Counted from the stretch's first letter, positions 13,275 to 27,233 are shown. The stretch: 64,000 nucleotides of DNA from Octopus bimaculoides (GCF_001194135.2 NC_068984.1:60354801-60418800), one strand, 5' to 3'. Numbers and translations: made by a program. The notes: a model not told the origin generated them from the letters alone.

Positions 13275-16200
13275 GGTCACACACTTCTGGAGAGACTATT
13301 GTTGATTAGGTTTATCATGATATTTGACTGGTACTTTATTTTATCGATTCAGAATGGATGAAAGGTTAAGTTGGCCTTAGCAGAATTTGAACTTAGAATT
13401 TAAAGAGATGTAACTAAATATTGCAAGACATTATTTGACACTCAGTGGATTTTACCAATCCATTATCCATTGCAGTTATTATGTTATTGATCCTAAAAGT
13501 TGTCATTTGAACTCTGCTGTTGGTCATTACCTTAGCCAACCTAGGTTTCATGAGCACTTCATGTCTGAATGGTTAGTATTATGAAGAACAATAATTATGC
13601 AAATGTCTAAATTTGCAATTCCATCTAACATCGATAAAAGGAATCTTGAAAAATAAAAACAAAGAAGTAGAATTACAAAATGAAATGAAATGTTTAAGGA
13701 AAGAAAAACTGAAGGAAAAAATATCGCAACTCCAAAGCTATAAAAAATTTCCTTACAGAAAAAAAAAAAAAAAGTGATAGCTGGAAAATTCTGTTTCTGA
13801 AAGGGAATTCTTAATCAAAGTTCCTTCAGTCACATTGAAAATTTCATGATTTGCAACTTATAATGATAAAATGTTCATATTTTTATTCAAATTGACAATG
13901 GATCTGTGTTAGAGGATATCATTCAGAGAACATTACTTTGGGGATTGGCATGTATGCTCAATACTAAATGTAAAGTTGTAAAAACTGAAAGCTTGTACTA
14001 ATCGCTATATGATTGCCAAAAATTCTATCAATAAACCAACATAATGACTGCCACTCCAGTGACAGTGAACAGGAAACACAACCCATCAAATCACTTGCTA
14101 AATTGGATCATGAAAGGTGGATAAAAGAAAAAGAAAACCAGGTAATGGTGATGGGATTTCGAGTATCAGAACTCAACAAAAAGTATGTTCAGCTGAGGAT
14201 GACTAGTTTAATATGGTCATTGAATATTTAGTCATAGTTGGGAAGTTGCAGCTCTCCAGTTTGCCAGCTCCTGTCAAACTGTCCAACCCATGCCAGCATG
14301 GAAGAGAGATGTTAAATAATAATGATGACAATGACAACGTTGATGACAATGCATGGCTTATGGGTAAAAATAGGCTGTTTGCAAGTACTTATGATACTTC
14401 TGGTGACAAGGCAGTGGTGAGGCATCTTGTGCAAATGTCTTTTACCATTGTTTCAGCCTGAACAAAGTCTTTGAAGTGAAATTTGGTGAGTGGCAACTAT
14501 GCGAGCCCATTGAAGAGACTGTCCCTGATGGTGGGTAGTATACTGAATCTTTCATCCAGTTAAGTGAAGGCACATGGTTTAGTGGTTAGGGCATTCGGCT
14601 CATAATCATAAAGTTGTGAGTTCCATTCCTGGTGACATGTGTCCTTGAGCAAGACACTGTTTTTAATATTGCCCCAGTCCACTCAGCTAGCAAAAATGAG
14701 TTGTACCTATAATTAAAAATGACCAGCCTTGTCACATTCTGTGTCACACTGAATCTCCCTGAGAACTGTGTTAAGGGTACACATGTCTGTGGAGTGCTCA
14801 GCCACTTGCATGTTAATTTCATGAGCAGGCTGTTGTGTTGATCAGATCAACTGAAACCTTTGTTGTTGTAACTGACAGAGTGCCATGCAGTTAAGCACCC
14901 TGAACTAGTCTTTGCGTGTGTTTAGTTGAGTCCATTTTGATGCAATCATTCAGAACTTCTCTTTGGGCCAGGGATACCTTCTTTCATTACTCCTGCTAGT
15001 CACAGAGGCCTTAAAAAAGAATCATTTCTGCAGCCCCTCTTCTCCTCTAATTAGAATTAAAATTTATCAAAAACATATCATCTTATTTGCTTCTTGAAGC
15101 AGAACGCCAAAGGATGATGTATTTTATTGTAGTTGAGAGCTGGTGCACTGTAGAATTGTCAAGCATTTCATTAGCTTGCTGTATCAGAATAAATTAGGTT
15201 GTAAATGAGGCCTGAAATCTTTTTGAAAGAGGGCTATTTTAAGCAGATACAATGAAAAATTTCACAGTAGTGAATGAACAATGACAACAACAATAAATGA
15301 CAACAGTGATAATTTATGGTTGAATAGTTGATATTTGGAAAGTTATCAAGCCATTAATTTTCAGCTACAAGAAGTGATGCAAATATCCAAATTTGCAAAC
15401 CCATCCAATTTCTGTCAACAAGGAAACAAACAAAAATTGGTTTAAAAAAAAAAAAGAGAAAAGAAAAGAGGATACAAGAAGTCATAAAGTTTTAAAATGT
15501 AAATTTAGCAAGTGATTTGATGGGCTGTGTTTCCTGTTCACTGTCACTGAAGTGGCAGTCATTATGCGGTTTATTGATGGAATTTTTGGCAATTTCAGAG
15601 CAATTACTACAAGAGTTTGGAATTTTTACAACTTTGTATTGAGCACATAGGCCAATCCCAAAAGTAATGCCCTGTGAATGATATCCTATGACATTTCCAG
15701 CTTATTTAACACAAATCCATTGTCAGTTTGAATATAAATACAGACATTTTATGATTATAAGTTGCAAATCATAAAATTTCAACATGGCTGATGAAACTTT
15801 GATTATGAGTTCCCTTTTAGAAATAGAATTTTCTAGCTTTATCCTTTGTCTGTTAGGAAATTATTTATAGCTTTAGGGTTACAGAATATTTTTCTCTTCT
15901 GTTCTTTTTCTCTTAAACATTTTATTTGATATTGTTTTCTTCTTTATTTAATTTAATTTTTTATTTTCATGTTTCAACATTCCTTTTTCAGTGTAATCAA
16001 CGGTTAGATAGAATTGCAAATTTAGACATTTGCATAATTATCGCCCTTCTTGATACTAACCATTCAAACATGAAGTGCTCACGAAACCTAAGTTGACTGC
16101 AATAATGAGCAACGGCATTCTTTAAAATCAAAACCTTTAGAATCAATAAACTATCACATTTGATATGATAACTGTGGTAGATAATGGACTGGCAAAATCT

Positions 16201-16370
16201 GCTACGTGTCAAACAAAATATCTTGCAGTATTTTGTTATTTCTCTTTACGTTCTCAGTTCGAATCCTGCTGAGGTCAAATTTGCCTTTCTTCCATTTAGG
16301 ATTGATAAAACACTACCATTCAAATTTTGTGGTTAATCTAAACAGCTATATTCTCCTCCAAAATGCATGG
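13275..16370. repeat. large diverged inverted repeat, arms ~13275-14104 and ~15502-16370
   Basis: 14040-14104 matches the reverse complement of 15502-15566 at 63/65. Collinear homology continues outward through a shared SINE A. Confidence 0.85.
14570..14885 (+). mobile_element. SINE family E (tRNA head, CORE-like GTCCTTGAGCAAGACAC, 3' part shared with family D)
   Basis: Homologous to 44823-45155 (-) and, in its 3' half, to 25125-25283. Confidence 0.85.
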
Positions 16371-17085
16371 CTTTAACTACCCCAATATTGTTAAGGGTGT
16401 GCCTGTGACTATATTATTTATTCAACATGTCCTATCTTTATTTCAGATGTTGGGTTGTGATTTGTATATTTAGCTGCTATTTTTAGTAGAGGCTAAGGAA
16501 AGGTTGTTGAGCTAGAGATCTGTACATTTCCAGCCAAGACCATTTCAACTTTTTCCTATGTGACTGGAGTCCAGGATCACATTAGTTAACATGTCCTTTT
16601 ACAAGATAGTAGCAAAGAGGTTTTGCCATTAATTATAGCTGGCTGAATGACCATGTAGAGACTCCCTCATTGGCTTTAATTGTAGTTGTTGCTAAAGGAG
16701 GTGGACAGTAGAATTGATAGCACACAGGACAAAATGCCCTTGTGAGTATTTAGTTATAGCCTCTTTGTGTTCTGAGTGCAAATTCTTTCAAGATTAACTT
16801 TGCATTGCATCCTTCTAAGGTTAATAAAATAAGTAATTTGAGGGGTTACTGATTGGCCATAGTGGAGGGTGCCCCTCTATTGGAATATTACATTCAATTC
16901 CTTTTGTATACTGTTGTTTTCCATGAATTTTGTTTTTTCATAATCAGTTCTTCATATCATTGATGCTTCAGTGATCATACATAATCAGTGAAGAATCATG
17001 AATCTTGGAGTTGTAACTGAGAGTGATTCCAGTACTAAATTAAACAATACTCTGTACTTTGGTGTTGCGTACTTTTAACTTAAGT

Positions 17086-17513
17086 TTTGGAAATGTGCTG
17101 TGCGTGAGAAGACCCGGCAAGCCAAGTAAGATCGTTGCCAGTGCCCCTGGACTGGTTCTTGTGCGGGTGGCACATGAGATGCACCATTTTGAGCGTGGCC
17201 ATTGCCAGTACCGCCTGAATGGCTCCTGTAGGATTTTCGAGCGAGATCATTGCTAGTGCCCCTGGACTGGCTTGTGCGGGTGGCACATAAAAGACACCAT
17301 TTCGAGCGTGGCCGTTTTCGTGCGGGTGACACGTAAAAGCACCCACTACACTCTCTGAGTGGTTGGCGTTAGGAAGGGCATCCAGCTGTAGAAACTCTGC
17401 CAAATCAGACTGGAGCCTGGTGTTGCCATCCGGTTTCACCAGTCCTCAGTCAAATCGTCCAACCCATGCTAGCATGGAAAGCGGACGTTAAACGATGATG
17501 ATGATGATGATGA
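17086..17513 (+). mobile_element. RTE LINE 3' end, low divergence, with repeated UTR modules and (GAT)n tail
   Basis: Begins FWKCAVREKTRQAK*, the same C-terminus as the longer RTE fragment at 59439. Confidence 0.9.
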
Positions 17514-17744
17514 TACAAGTGTATAGGTAAGTGTGTGTATGCATGTATGTATGTAAATACATTCATATATATATTTGGCCCAAAAGGTTTTTCTATCAAA
17601 TTGCTGTCAACTAGAATGGTTGTTCTTCTCTTGAGTCCATTTTGGGAAGGCCTTTATTCTCCTGTGTATTTTCTGCATTTACTAATCTTTCATGATAGAA
17701 TTTCTATGCCTTTTCCTTTTCAGAATCACTAAGTGTAAGTGTGT

Positions 17745-18140
17745 CATTACCTGTCCATACATACTACCCTCCCCTATCACCATCACCAACACTCAACATC
17801 TTGATTTTTTCTGATAAACTGTTTTGCAATCCAGAACACCTTATGGTTCTGGTCCACACACTACAGAACCTTGTCACACCTCTTATTCTATGTTTCTTCC
17901 CTTTCAGAATAAACTTGTTACTTAGCTAGCTGATCTTTCCAAACCTTCAAAACCTGTCCTTTTGTTTCCATAGCTCTGTATACATCACTGTTCCTCTGCC
18001 ACATCACCCTTGGTCTAGTTGGATCTTGGCACTAGCCACAGATTTTGTTTGTAGCCCTCAATGGGTTGTTTGGTAGAGACTTCCAGTTGTCCTTCATATT
18101 ATATGTCTCTATCTCTTTCTCCTCATCAAATGCTTCAACT
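17745..18140 (-). mobile_element. RTE LINE internal fragment (endonuclease-RT linker), decayed
   Basis: NWKSLPNNPLRATNKICG*C..PTRPRVMW....VFWIAKQFIRKNQDV matches the RTE linker pattern W..L..AT..CG..TWWW. Confidence 0.7.
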
Positions 18141-18150
18141 TGAGTACTTT

Positions 18151-18202
<52 letters not shown>

Positions 18203-18789
18203 GCGCGCGCACACACACACACACGCACGCACGCACGCACACAAACACACACACACACACACANNNNNNNNNNNNNNNNNNNNNNNNNNNNNNNNNNNNN
18301 NNNNNNNNNNNNNNNNNNNNNNNNNNNNNNNNNNNNNNNNNNNNNNNNNNNNNNNNNNNNNNNNNNNNNNNNNNCAGTAATTTTAGTCCATGGAAAATGA
18401 CTAAAATTCGTAATTCAAGGCATGCAATATTTTAAAATAGTAAAAGAGAGAGAATTGATGTGGATTAATGAAGGTAAATATATCTTAAAGTTATACATAT
18501 TTTTTCATAAAATATAGAGTATACAACTGAAGGTCGTAGTATATACTTATTCAAATTAAATTAATTTTTTTAAGTTGATTTATTTAGTTTGTGCATTAAA
18601 CATGAAACTAGTTTTGTATTTGCATTGTATTTACACCTAGGAAAGATTTCATTTATCTCGCTTGCCTTACATCATTTTTGTAACAAGGAGAAACGCCCTT
18701 GTTTTAATTAAAAACAATGGCCATTCAACACACATGGAGTTTGGGTTTTTTTTTAATGCTCTTCTTCTTCCCCTCTCTATATCTTTATA

Positions 18790-19595
18790 TCTGTATATCT
18801 ATAAAAGGCAGGATATGTGTGTCTGTGTGTGTACGTGAATGTAAGTTATGCACGTTTACAAATTAGCACACATGTCACTCCAACTTTTAGGAGGACATTC
18901 GTCACGACTCTAGCTGGGTTTTGTCAACTTATTTTTCCCAAGGCACCTGCGGGTAGTGGTAACAATTGATTTTCAACAATAACTTTTACCAATTTTGAAG
19001 TTTGCTAACATGAGTTAAGTCCCCTTCTTGCCATAGCGAAGTGAAAGTGTGTGTATGTGTGTGTGTGAGGGAGAGAGAGAAGTTGTATGTTGATGTATGT
19101 GTGTGTGAGGGAGAGAGAGTTAGACAGCTTCTAAGAAAAAAAATGTAAAGAGAAAGTGTGAGGGAGATAGTTTGACAGTGTCTAACAAAAAAGGTAAAGG
19201 GAAAGTGTGTGTGAGGGAGAGAGAGTAAATGACAGCATTCATCAAAAATAAAAATGTAAAATGTTTTTTTTTCTTAAACACGAAATATAGTCTTCAAATT
19301 TAGGATGTTTTTGAAAGACACTATATTTTATAATCATATTATATACACTTTCTCACACAACAATTAAAATACATTTATTTTAAATCACTTATTTATTTAT
19401 TCTAAATCGTTCATCATTCTCCACCCCCTCTCACACACACACACATTACTTTGGGCGCGAAAGAGTTTTGTTTTTATTTTATGCCGAGGTAAAAAGTGTT
19501 TTGTTGAGAATCCATTTATTTAACAACAAAGAAACAAAGAGGTAAATAACAATTTGTCAGTGAATTACACAATATAAATGTCACATTTTCTACTA

Positions 19596-19600
<5 letters not shown>
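18790..19600 (+). mobile_element. possible non-autonomous Helitron with 4 internal GTGTGAGGGAGAGAG units
   Basis: 5' TC..TATCTATAAAAGGCAGGATATGTGTG start. The 3' hairpin/CTAG end is not clearly visible. Confidence 0.35.
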
Positions 19601-19634
<34 letters not shown>

Positions 19635-21784
19635 CTACANNNNNNNNNNNNNNNNNNNNNNNNNNNNNNNNNNNNNNNNNNNNNNNNNNNNNNNNNNNNN
19701 NNNNNNNNNNNNNNNNNNNNNNNNNNNNNNNNNNNNNNNNNNNNNNNNNNNNNNNNNNNNNNNNNNNNNNNNNNNNNNNNNNNNNNNNNNNNNNNNNNNN
19801 NNNNNNNNNNNNNNNNNNNNNNNNNNNNNNNNNNNNNNNNNNNNNNNNNNNNNNNNNNNNNNNNNNNNNNNNNNNNNNNNNNNNNNNNNNNNNNNNNNNN
19901 NNNNNNNNNNNNNNNNNNNNNNNNNNNNNNNNNNNNNNNNNNNNNNNNNNNNNNNNNNNNNNNNNNNNNNNNNNNNNNNNNNNNNNNNNNNNNNNNNNNN
20001 NNNNNNNNNNNNNNNNNNNNNNNNNNNNTAAAAATTTACCTGGAGTTTTTCATGCTAAAAAAAATGTTTTCCATATTCTAAATCTCCGTATTTTTCTATG
20101 TACATTGAAATAGATGGTGAAAGGATCAATGGTTGTGGGGGGAAGAAATTTCCGAGGTTTCCACCACACCCCACCCCATTTTTCAGACCACAAAAAGGGT
20201 CTTGTAGCATATTAGGTAGTTGATTCTATGCAAAAAATCTGATTTTTTTTCTTAGTGAAAATCATGCAAGTGGTCAAACTCCCAACTTTAAAGTTGGCCG
20301 CAGTCAAATGACTGAAACAAGTAAAAGAGTAAAAGAGTAAAGAGTATATACATATCTCAGGCTTCCACACAGTTTCAGTCTATGAAATTTCATGTACAAG
20401 CCCCAGTTGGGCCAAGACTGGTAGAAAACATTTGCTTTAGGAGCTGTGCTCTGGGATTTGAACCAAAATCCATGTCATTGTGAAGCAAACTTTTTAACGG
20501 CATGGCCATGCCTGTACCCAACAACAAAAGAATGAACAAGTAAATAAGTAAACAGTCATGACATCAACTGCAGCAGCAACCATAACAACAACAACAAGAA
20601 AAACAGCAGCAGCTGCAGTAACAGCAACAACAACAACAACCAACTTCTGAGAAATCTAGTGTCAGTATATGTCACTTTGATTTATGGCAGAAATTTGTCC
20701 AAAATATAACATTAGGAAAAGAAAAATTGAATGAAATACATTGTCAGTTCAGTTGTTGAAAATTTAGGGTATATGTCATCACAGTGACTTATTTGAACTT
20801 TGTGTGACTTCTGTTTAAATCACTTCTAATGGTACAGAAAAGGAGAAGAAAATCGTTTTTTGCTTTTTCTTTTCTTTTTTGTTAAAAAAAAAAAAAACTC
20901 TGATTAATATTTACTGAAGGTTTGCTACTCACTAAAGTTGACAGTTTAATGCTTTTTCTAAAAGGCTCATGTAGTCACATCTAACATAATAAAATATCTG
21001 GTGTGTCAGTATATTTTGATGGTTGTTTTTAGGTCTGTGTTTGTGTGTGGGGTGATGTAGGTGTAGGTTTAATGTAGGTGGTGAGGCAGACAATGTAGCA
21101 CATTACTTTCATAGTGAATAAGGGAGATAATTTATATGAGCATTGAAATAAATATGATACTAAAAACAAAAAAAAAAAAGAACAAAAATAAAACAAAACA
21201 AAAAAATTTATAAGAAAGCTTTATTGAATGTGAACATTTTTCTTGCTGTAACTTGAACATTTTCCAAGAGACAGGAAAAGAAATTTTGTAATAACATATT
21301 TGTAGGAAAAAAATAATCTATCTAAAAGAATTTAAAGTTGAAAATAAATTTTAAAACAAAATGACTTAAAATTAAAAGACATATGATAATTTCTTTACGA
21401 CATTGGTTGGTCTGTTAGACAGTGATGTCTCTCAAATAACATTAAAACTTGATTATTGTTCTGAAGATGGTAATTTTCTTAATTCTTTGTTAGCTCTTAT
21501 CATCGAAATGTGACAAACTATTTTTCTTTAAATCAACTGAATGAATTTTATTAATTTCATAGCTTCGTGTTTTCTTCTTTTTTATCTGTTAATGAAAATG
21601 CAAATGTCAGAAAACCTGAAGCTAGCATGAGTAATTGTAGGTAAAAACCTGCTTGGAATAAAAAAATCTAGCTGATTTGTGTATATGTGTGTATGTGTAT
21701 ATATACATATATGAGTATATATATTAATTGCTCTACATCATAGAGTGTGCTTCTCCAGATTTATGTATTTCTACAAATGACACA

Positions 21785-21828
<44 letters not shown>

Positions 21829-21852
21829 GACAGACAGACAGACAGACTGACA

Positions 21853-21901
<49 letters not shown>

Positions 21902-22232
21902 ACACATGTAGTTGATGGCCCAACAAATGGCCAGCTTTACCCAGATATGAAAGGGGAAGCAGCTGAACAACAATCTTTTTTGTGCATGGCACAAAAGATT
22001 GTCCAGCAGCTGACCTGGCTACATACACAAGTGTGGAACTACAGCCACCACTACACAAGGCCGCCACTGACAGCAGATACAGGATGGCTACCAATAACAC
22101 CAATGCAGATGTCATAAAAATATTTCTATTAATTTGCTAGAGAGGCCACAGGCCAACAGGTTTAGAGTAATCCCATAGACTGGCCTTATCTGTCTTTAAT
22201 CTATATATTGTATATATATATATATATTTTTT

Positions 22233-22555
22233 TTTCGAGCGAGATCGTTGCCAGTGTTTCGAGCGAGATCATTGCAGTGTCCCTGGACTGGCTCTCATGC
22301 GGGTGGCACATAAAATACACCATTTTGAGTGTGGCCATTGCCAGTGCCGCCTGACTAGCCTTCGTGCGGGTGACAAGTAAAAGCACCCACTACACTCTAT
22401 GAGTGGTTGGCGTTATGAAGGGCATCCAGCTGTAGAAAGTCTGCCAAATGAGATTGGAGCCTGTTGTTGCCATCCGGTTTCACCAGTCCTCAGTCAAATT
22501 GTCCAACCCATGCTAGCATGGAAAGCGGACGTTAAACGATGATGATGATGATGAT
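22233..22555 (+). mobile_element. RTE LINE 3' UTR copy
   Basis: Same family as 17086-17513. Confidence 0.9.
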
Positions 22556-22557
22556 AT

Positions 22558-22711
22558 ATGGGTTGGACGATTTGACTGAGGACTGGTGAAACCGGATGGC
22601 AACACCAGGCTCCAGTCTGATTTGGCAGAGTTTCTACAGCTGGATGCCCTTCCTAACGCCAACCACTCAGAGAGTGTAGTGGGTGCTTTTACGTGTCACC
22701 CGCACGAAAAC
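22558..22711 (-). mobile_element. RTE 3' UTR fragment, tail-less, running into a gap
   Basis: 154 nt identical to the reverse complement of 17314-17467. Confidence 0.85.
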
Positions 22712-23197
22712 NNNNNNNNNNNNNNNNNNNNNNNNNNNNNNNNNNNNNNNNNNNNNNNNNNNNNNNNNNNNNNNNNNNNNNNNNNNNNNNNNNNNNNNNN
22801 NNNNNNNNNNNNNNNNNNNNNNNNNNNNNNNNNNNNNNNNNNNNNNNNNNNNNNNNNNNNNNNNNNNNNNNNNNNNNNNNNNNNNNNNNNNNNNNNNNNN
22901 NNNNNNNNNNNNNNNNNNNNNNNNNNNNNNNNNNNNNNNNNNNNNNNNNNNNNNNNNNNNNNNNNNNNNNNNNNNNNNNNNNNNNNNNNNNNNNNNNNNN
23001 NNNNNNNNNNNNNNNNNNNNNNNNNNNNNNNNNNNNNNNNNNNNNNNNNNNNNNNNNNNNNNNNNNNNNNNNNNNNNNNNNNNNNNNNNNNNNNNNNNNN
23101 NNNNNNNNNNNNNNNNNNNNNNNNNNNNNNNNNNNNNNNNNNNNNNNNNNNNNNNNNNNNNNNNNNNNNNNNNNTATATATATATATATATATATAT

Positions 23198-23515
23198 CAT
23201 CATCATCATTTAACGCTCATTTTCCATGCTGGCATGGGTTGGACAGTTTGACTGAAAACTAGTGAGCTGCACCAGGTTCCAGTCTAATTTGATATGGTTT
23301 CTATGGCTGGATGCCCTTCCTAATGCCAACCACTTCAAGAGTGTAGTGGATGCATTTTATGTGCCACCAGCACAGGTGTCAGTTACATGACACTGGCATC
23401 AACCACAACTATGATTTCACTTGGTTTGACAGTTTTTCTTAAGCCTGGTATATTACCAAAGGTCTTAGTCGCTTATCACTGTCTCTGTGAGGCTCAACAT
23501 TTGAACAGTGCTTTT
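23198..23515 (-). mobile_element. older RTE LINE 3' end
   Basis: VQMLSLTETVISD*DLW..KKNCQTK* followed by the UTR and (GAT)n tail. Confidence 0.8.
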
Positions 23516-24279
23516 TACATGCCTATATATATATATGCTTACAAACATACATGCATACACACACACATATAGATAGATAGATAGATAGATAGATAGATTT
23601 TGCGAAAATAAAATCTTACTCCTCCCTGCTATTTTAGCTTTGAAAAAAATATAGATGCTATAGCAGACTTGGTCTGTCATATGATGTTTCAATTAATTCT
23701 TGCTTATTTTGACTGCATAAGGGAAGACCATTTTAAGGACACGTTATTGCCGAAAGGCATTATATAGTTCACCATAATAGAAGCAAAGTTCTTGCAGTGA
23801 GAAGTCTATTAACTGGAATCAATCCAGAAAGTTGCTGGAAGAGGAAAATCAATATTTATGTGTATACTGTTGTAATACTTTGCATGTGCAGCCAAACTGA
23901 TGTTTAAAAAAAAGTATAATAAAAGCTGCAATATTTATTAAAGGACAAAGTGTTTGTGTTTATTGTGGGTTTGTGGGGGAGGGTAATGTTGTAGCATCAG
24001 CTTCTATAATCTCATGGTTTTACCCTTACAACCCCACAAAAACTATTGGCTTATACAAGTTTCTTTACCTCCGTTTTCTTGTTTTTTTTTTGTTTTTTTG
24101 GTTTGTTTTCCGTACTCATTTTTTTTTTATTCTGTTTGGAAAATGTAAGAAAAGGTGAGTGTGAGAATATAAAGAAGAGGAAGGAGATAAAGAACACAAT
24201 GAGAAGAATCAGACAATTAGAAGAAAAAGAAAAAGAAAAAGAAAAATAACAGTACAGTTTAGAGGAGGGAAGGAAAGAT

Positions 24280-24317
<38 letters not shown>

Positions 24318-24322
24318 TAATG

Positions 24323-24365
<43 letters not shown>

Positions 24366-24682
24366 CAACAACAAATAATATATGAGAAGAAATATGAAAA
24401 AAGACAGTAATGATGTACTGTACATAAGGAGAAGAAATAAAAGAAGAAGGAGGAGGAGAAGAAGAAGAAGAAGAAGAAGAAGAAGAAGAAAGGCATAGAG
24501 AATAATAATAAGAAGAAAAGAAAAAGAAAAGAAGAAATACATGTGAAGGTTATTAATTCTCCCAACATTAACTTTACGCTTTTCCACTTGTATGTGTCTC
24601 TATGGCAACATCTATTTAGTAATATCTTCTGTATGGTATGACAGGCTGTGGCCTCTGTATTGACACATATGTTGAGTGATTT

Positions 24683-24719
<37 letters not shown>

Positions 24720-24904
24720 AGAAATGGAGAATTGTATTATTCTAATATGACTTGATGTAATTGTAGTTTATATTTGTGTTTTATAGCTGCTTTCATTACT
24801 TACCTTTGGTCAACTCTTCTTTAGCATTTCTGTTGTGTCTTTTGTGCCACATTTCAGCTCTGACATGGTGATTTGCATTATGTACACTATGTTAAGATGA
24901 GAGG

Positions 24905-25300
24905 GTGGAGGCGCAATGGCCCAGTGGTTAGGGCAGCTGACTCCCGGTCATAGGATCGCGGTTTCGATTCCCAGACCGGGCGTTGTGAGTGTTTATTGAG
25001 CGAAAACACCTAAAACTCCACGAGGCTTCGGCAGGGGATGGTGGCGAACCCTGCTGTACTCTTTCACCACAACTTTCTCTCACTCTTACTTCCTGTTTCT
25101 GTTGTGCCTGTAATTCAAAGGGTCAGCCTTGTCACACTCTGTCACGCTGAATATCCTCGAGAACTACGTTAAGGGTACACGTGTCTGTGGAGTGCTCAGC
25201 CACTTGCATGTTAATTTCACGAGCAGGCTGTTCCGTTGATCGGATCAACTCGAACCCACGACGTCGTAAACGACGGAGTGCCAACAGCAACAACAACAAT
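24905..25300 (+). mobile_element. SINE family D, full length, low divergence, tRNA-derived head
   Basis: A box TGGCCCAGTGG 24917-24927, B box GGTTTCGATTCC 24960-24971, (CAA)n tail, perfect 19-bp TSD ACTATGTTAAGATGAGAGG at 24886-24904 and 25301-25319. Confidence 0.95.
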
Positions 25301-25919
25301 ACTATGTTAAGATGAGAGGCCAACCAGGGTGCTTCTACATGGTCCAGTCACACTCAGCTTGCTAGAAATAGTAACCAAATCTCTTTCAAGCTAGTGCCTG
25401 TTTACTGGCTTAAAAAAAAGGAAAGCGTAGATTAGATAATGTAGTTCATCTACATAACTGTGAAAAGAAGTTCTGGTCAAGGATGGAATATCTTTCAGTC
25501 ATAAATAGGTTTGACCAGAGCTCAAGTGACTTGTGGCCAAACAGCTACGAAATCAACAACAGCAGTCTTCAACAATGCTTCTGTAATCCAAAGAATTAAA
25601 AGACACACACACTCCTACATAGCAGGCTAAGTGAATTTATGTCACTGTCCTCCTCCTCCNNNNNNNNNNNNNNNNNNNNNNNNNNNNNNNNNNNNNNNNN
25701 NNNNNNNNNNNNNNNNNNNNNNNNNNNNNNNNNNNNNNNNNNNNNNNNNNNNNNNNNNNNNNNNNNNNNNNNNNNNNNNNNNNNNNNNNNNNNNNNNNNN
25801 NNNNNNNNNNNNNNNNNNNNNNNNNNNNNNNNNNNNNNNNNNNNNNNNNNNNCATCATCATCACCATCACCATCTCCACTGTCACTACTGCCACCACCAT
25901 CACCATCGCCATCATCATA

Positions 25920-26400
25920 AATCATCATCATTTTAATGTTCACCTTTTCATGCTTGCATGGGGGTCACAGATGAAATTCTTAAAGACAAATTCCTGCAAT
26001 TGAATGCTTTTCTTGTCACCAATTCTCATCTGTTTCTCGCAGGTGAGGTAATATTTCTTCTAGTCTTTTGAATATGAACAGGTTAATGACTGGATGTATT
26101 TTCATAGAAGACTGCAGCTAAACAGCACCATTTTACTATGAATGGTGATCTCATTTCAGAGCACAATGCCAAAATAAAGTGCTACAGAGACAAACACACA
26201 TATACATGTATGTATGCACATAAACACACACACACATGTTGAGCTTCTTTCAGTTTCTGGCTACCAAATTCACTCTCACAAAGTTTGGCTGGTTTGTGGC
26301 TATTGTACAAAGTGCAGTGTAGTGTAGTGAAGTGCAGTGTAGTGAGATTGAACTTAAACCATGTAGTTTCAAAGTGAATTTCTTAATTACACAACCATAT
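25920..26400 (-). mobile_element. SINE family F (family C head with RTE-like tail), diverged
   Basis: Collinear with 43303-43745. Confidence 0.65.
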
Positions 26401-27233
26401 TAAAACTGAGCACCATCTTCAGTGTGGCTATTAGCATCAAGTAGAATGCTCTTTTCACCGACTCTTTATACATCTCTGATAATGTTATACATCATGAATG
26501 CTGTTTAGGCTCCAGAAATATGCAAGATGCATAAAACATTTGCATTTATCCTTGGAGTGAATGTTTTACTGTTAGAACTAATACTTATTTCTTACACATA
26601 TCAGAAAAGGAAGAAACAAGCTAAACCACCATGTGTCCCACAATTCAATCTGACTTTTGAGCATAACACACCTTTTATATGCTGCCTTTAAATGGGACAC
26701 CTTCTAGAATGCACCTGCGACAACAAAACAACAGACTGAAAAGAATTTGTTTTGAAAGAATCCATTGTTGGAATGGAAATGAAAAGTCTGTATTCAGAAG
26801 TATTCTGAAGAAAGAGACCAGCGTTAAGGAGAAAAGTTTGTCATTGTAAACACTTTTAGTAGCATTACAAGACCAATATACATTATCCACCAGCTATCTC
26901 TGTTGTGGTATAAAAGAAGCAGGTTGCTGTTTTACAGTATTTTCCCTATCACTTTAAATGTAGCTCATTCATATGTTCTGAATGACTCTCTCTGTCTTTC
27001 TCTGTCTCTCTTTCTGTCTTTCACTCTCTGTCTCTCTTTCTCTCTCTCTCCCTATGTCTGTCTCTCACTCTCTCTCTCTTTCTCTTTTCCTCATAAGATA
27101 ATGTGGCATCTCAGTATGTGAATCAAGTATTTCAGGATATAATGCAAGATCACAGCAGGAGATATTCTTCTTGTTGGACATATTGTTTATTATTGGCTTG
27201 TGGAAACAGTTACAGCTTAAAATTGCTGATGTA

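Noticed and set aside
14013-14231. ORF with plus donor CAG|gtaatg at 14150
   Set aside because: It lies at the edge of the inverted duplication, has no clear acceptor and no recognised homology.
15786-15840. CTGATGA...GAAA hammerhead candidate
   Set aside because: Stem II geometry is wrong and there is no U-H cleavage site after stem III.
24905-24985. tRNA gene
   Set aside because: A and B boxes are present, but the sequence continues into a SINE body with tail and TSD, and no full cloverleaf is evident.
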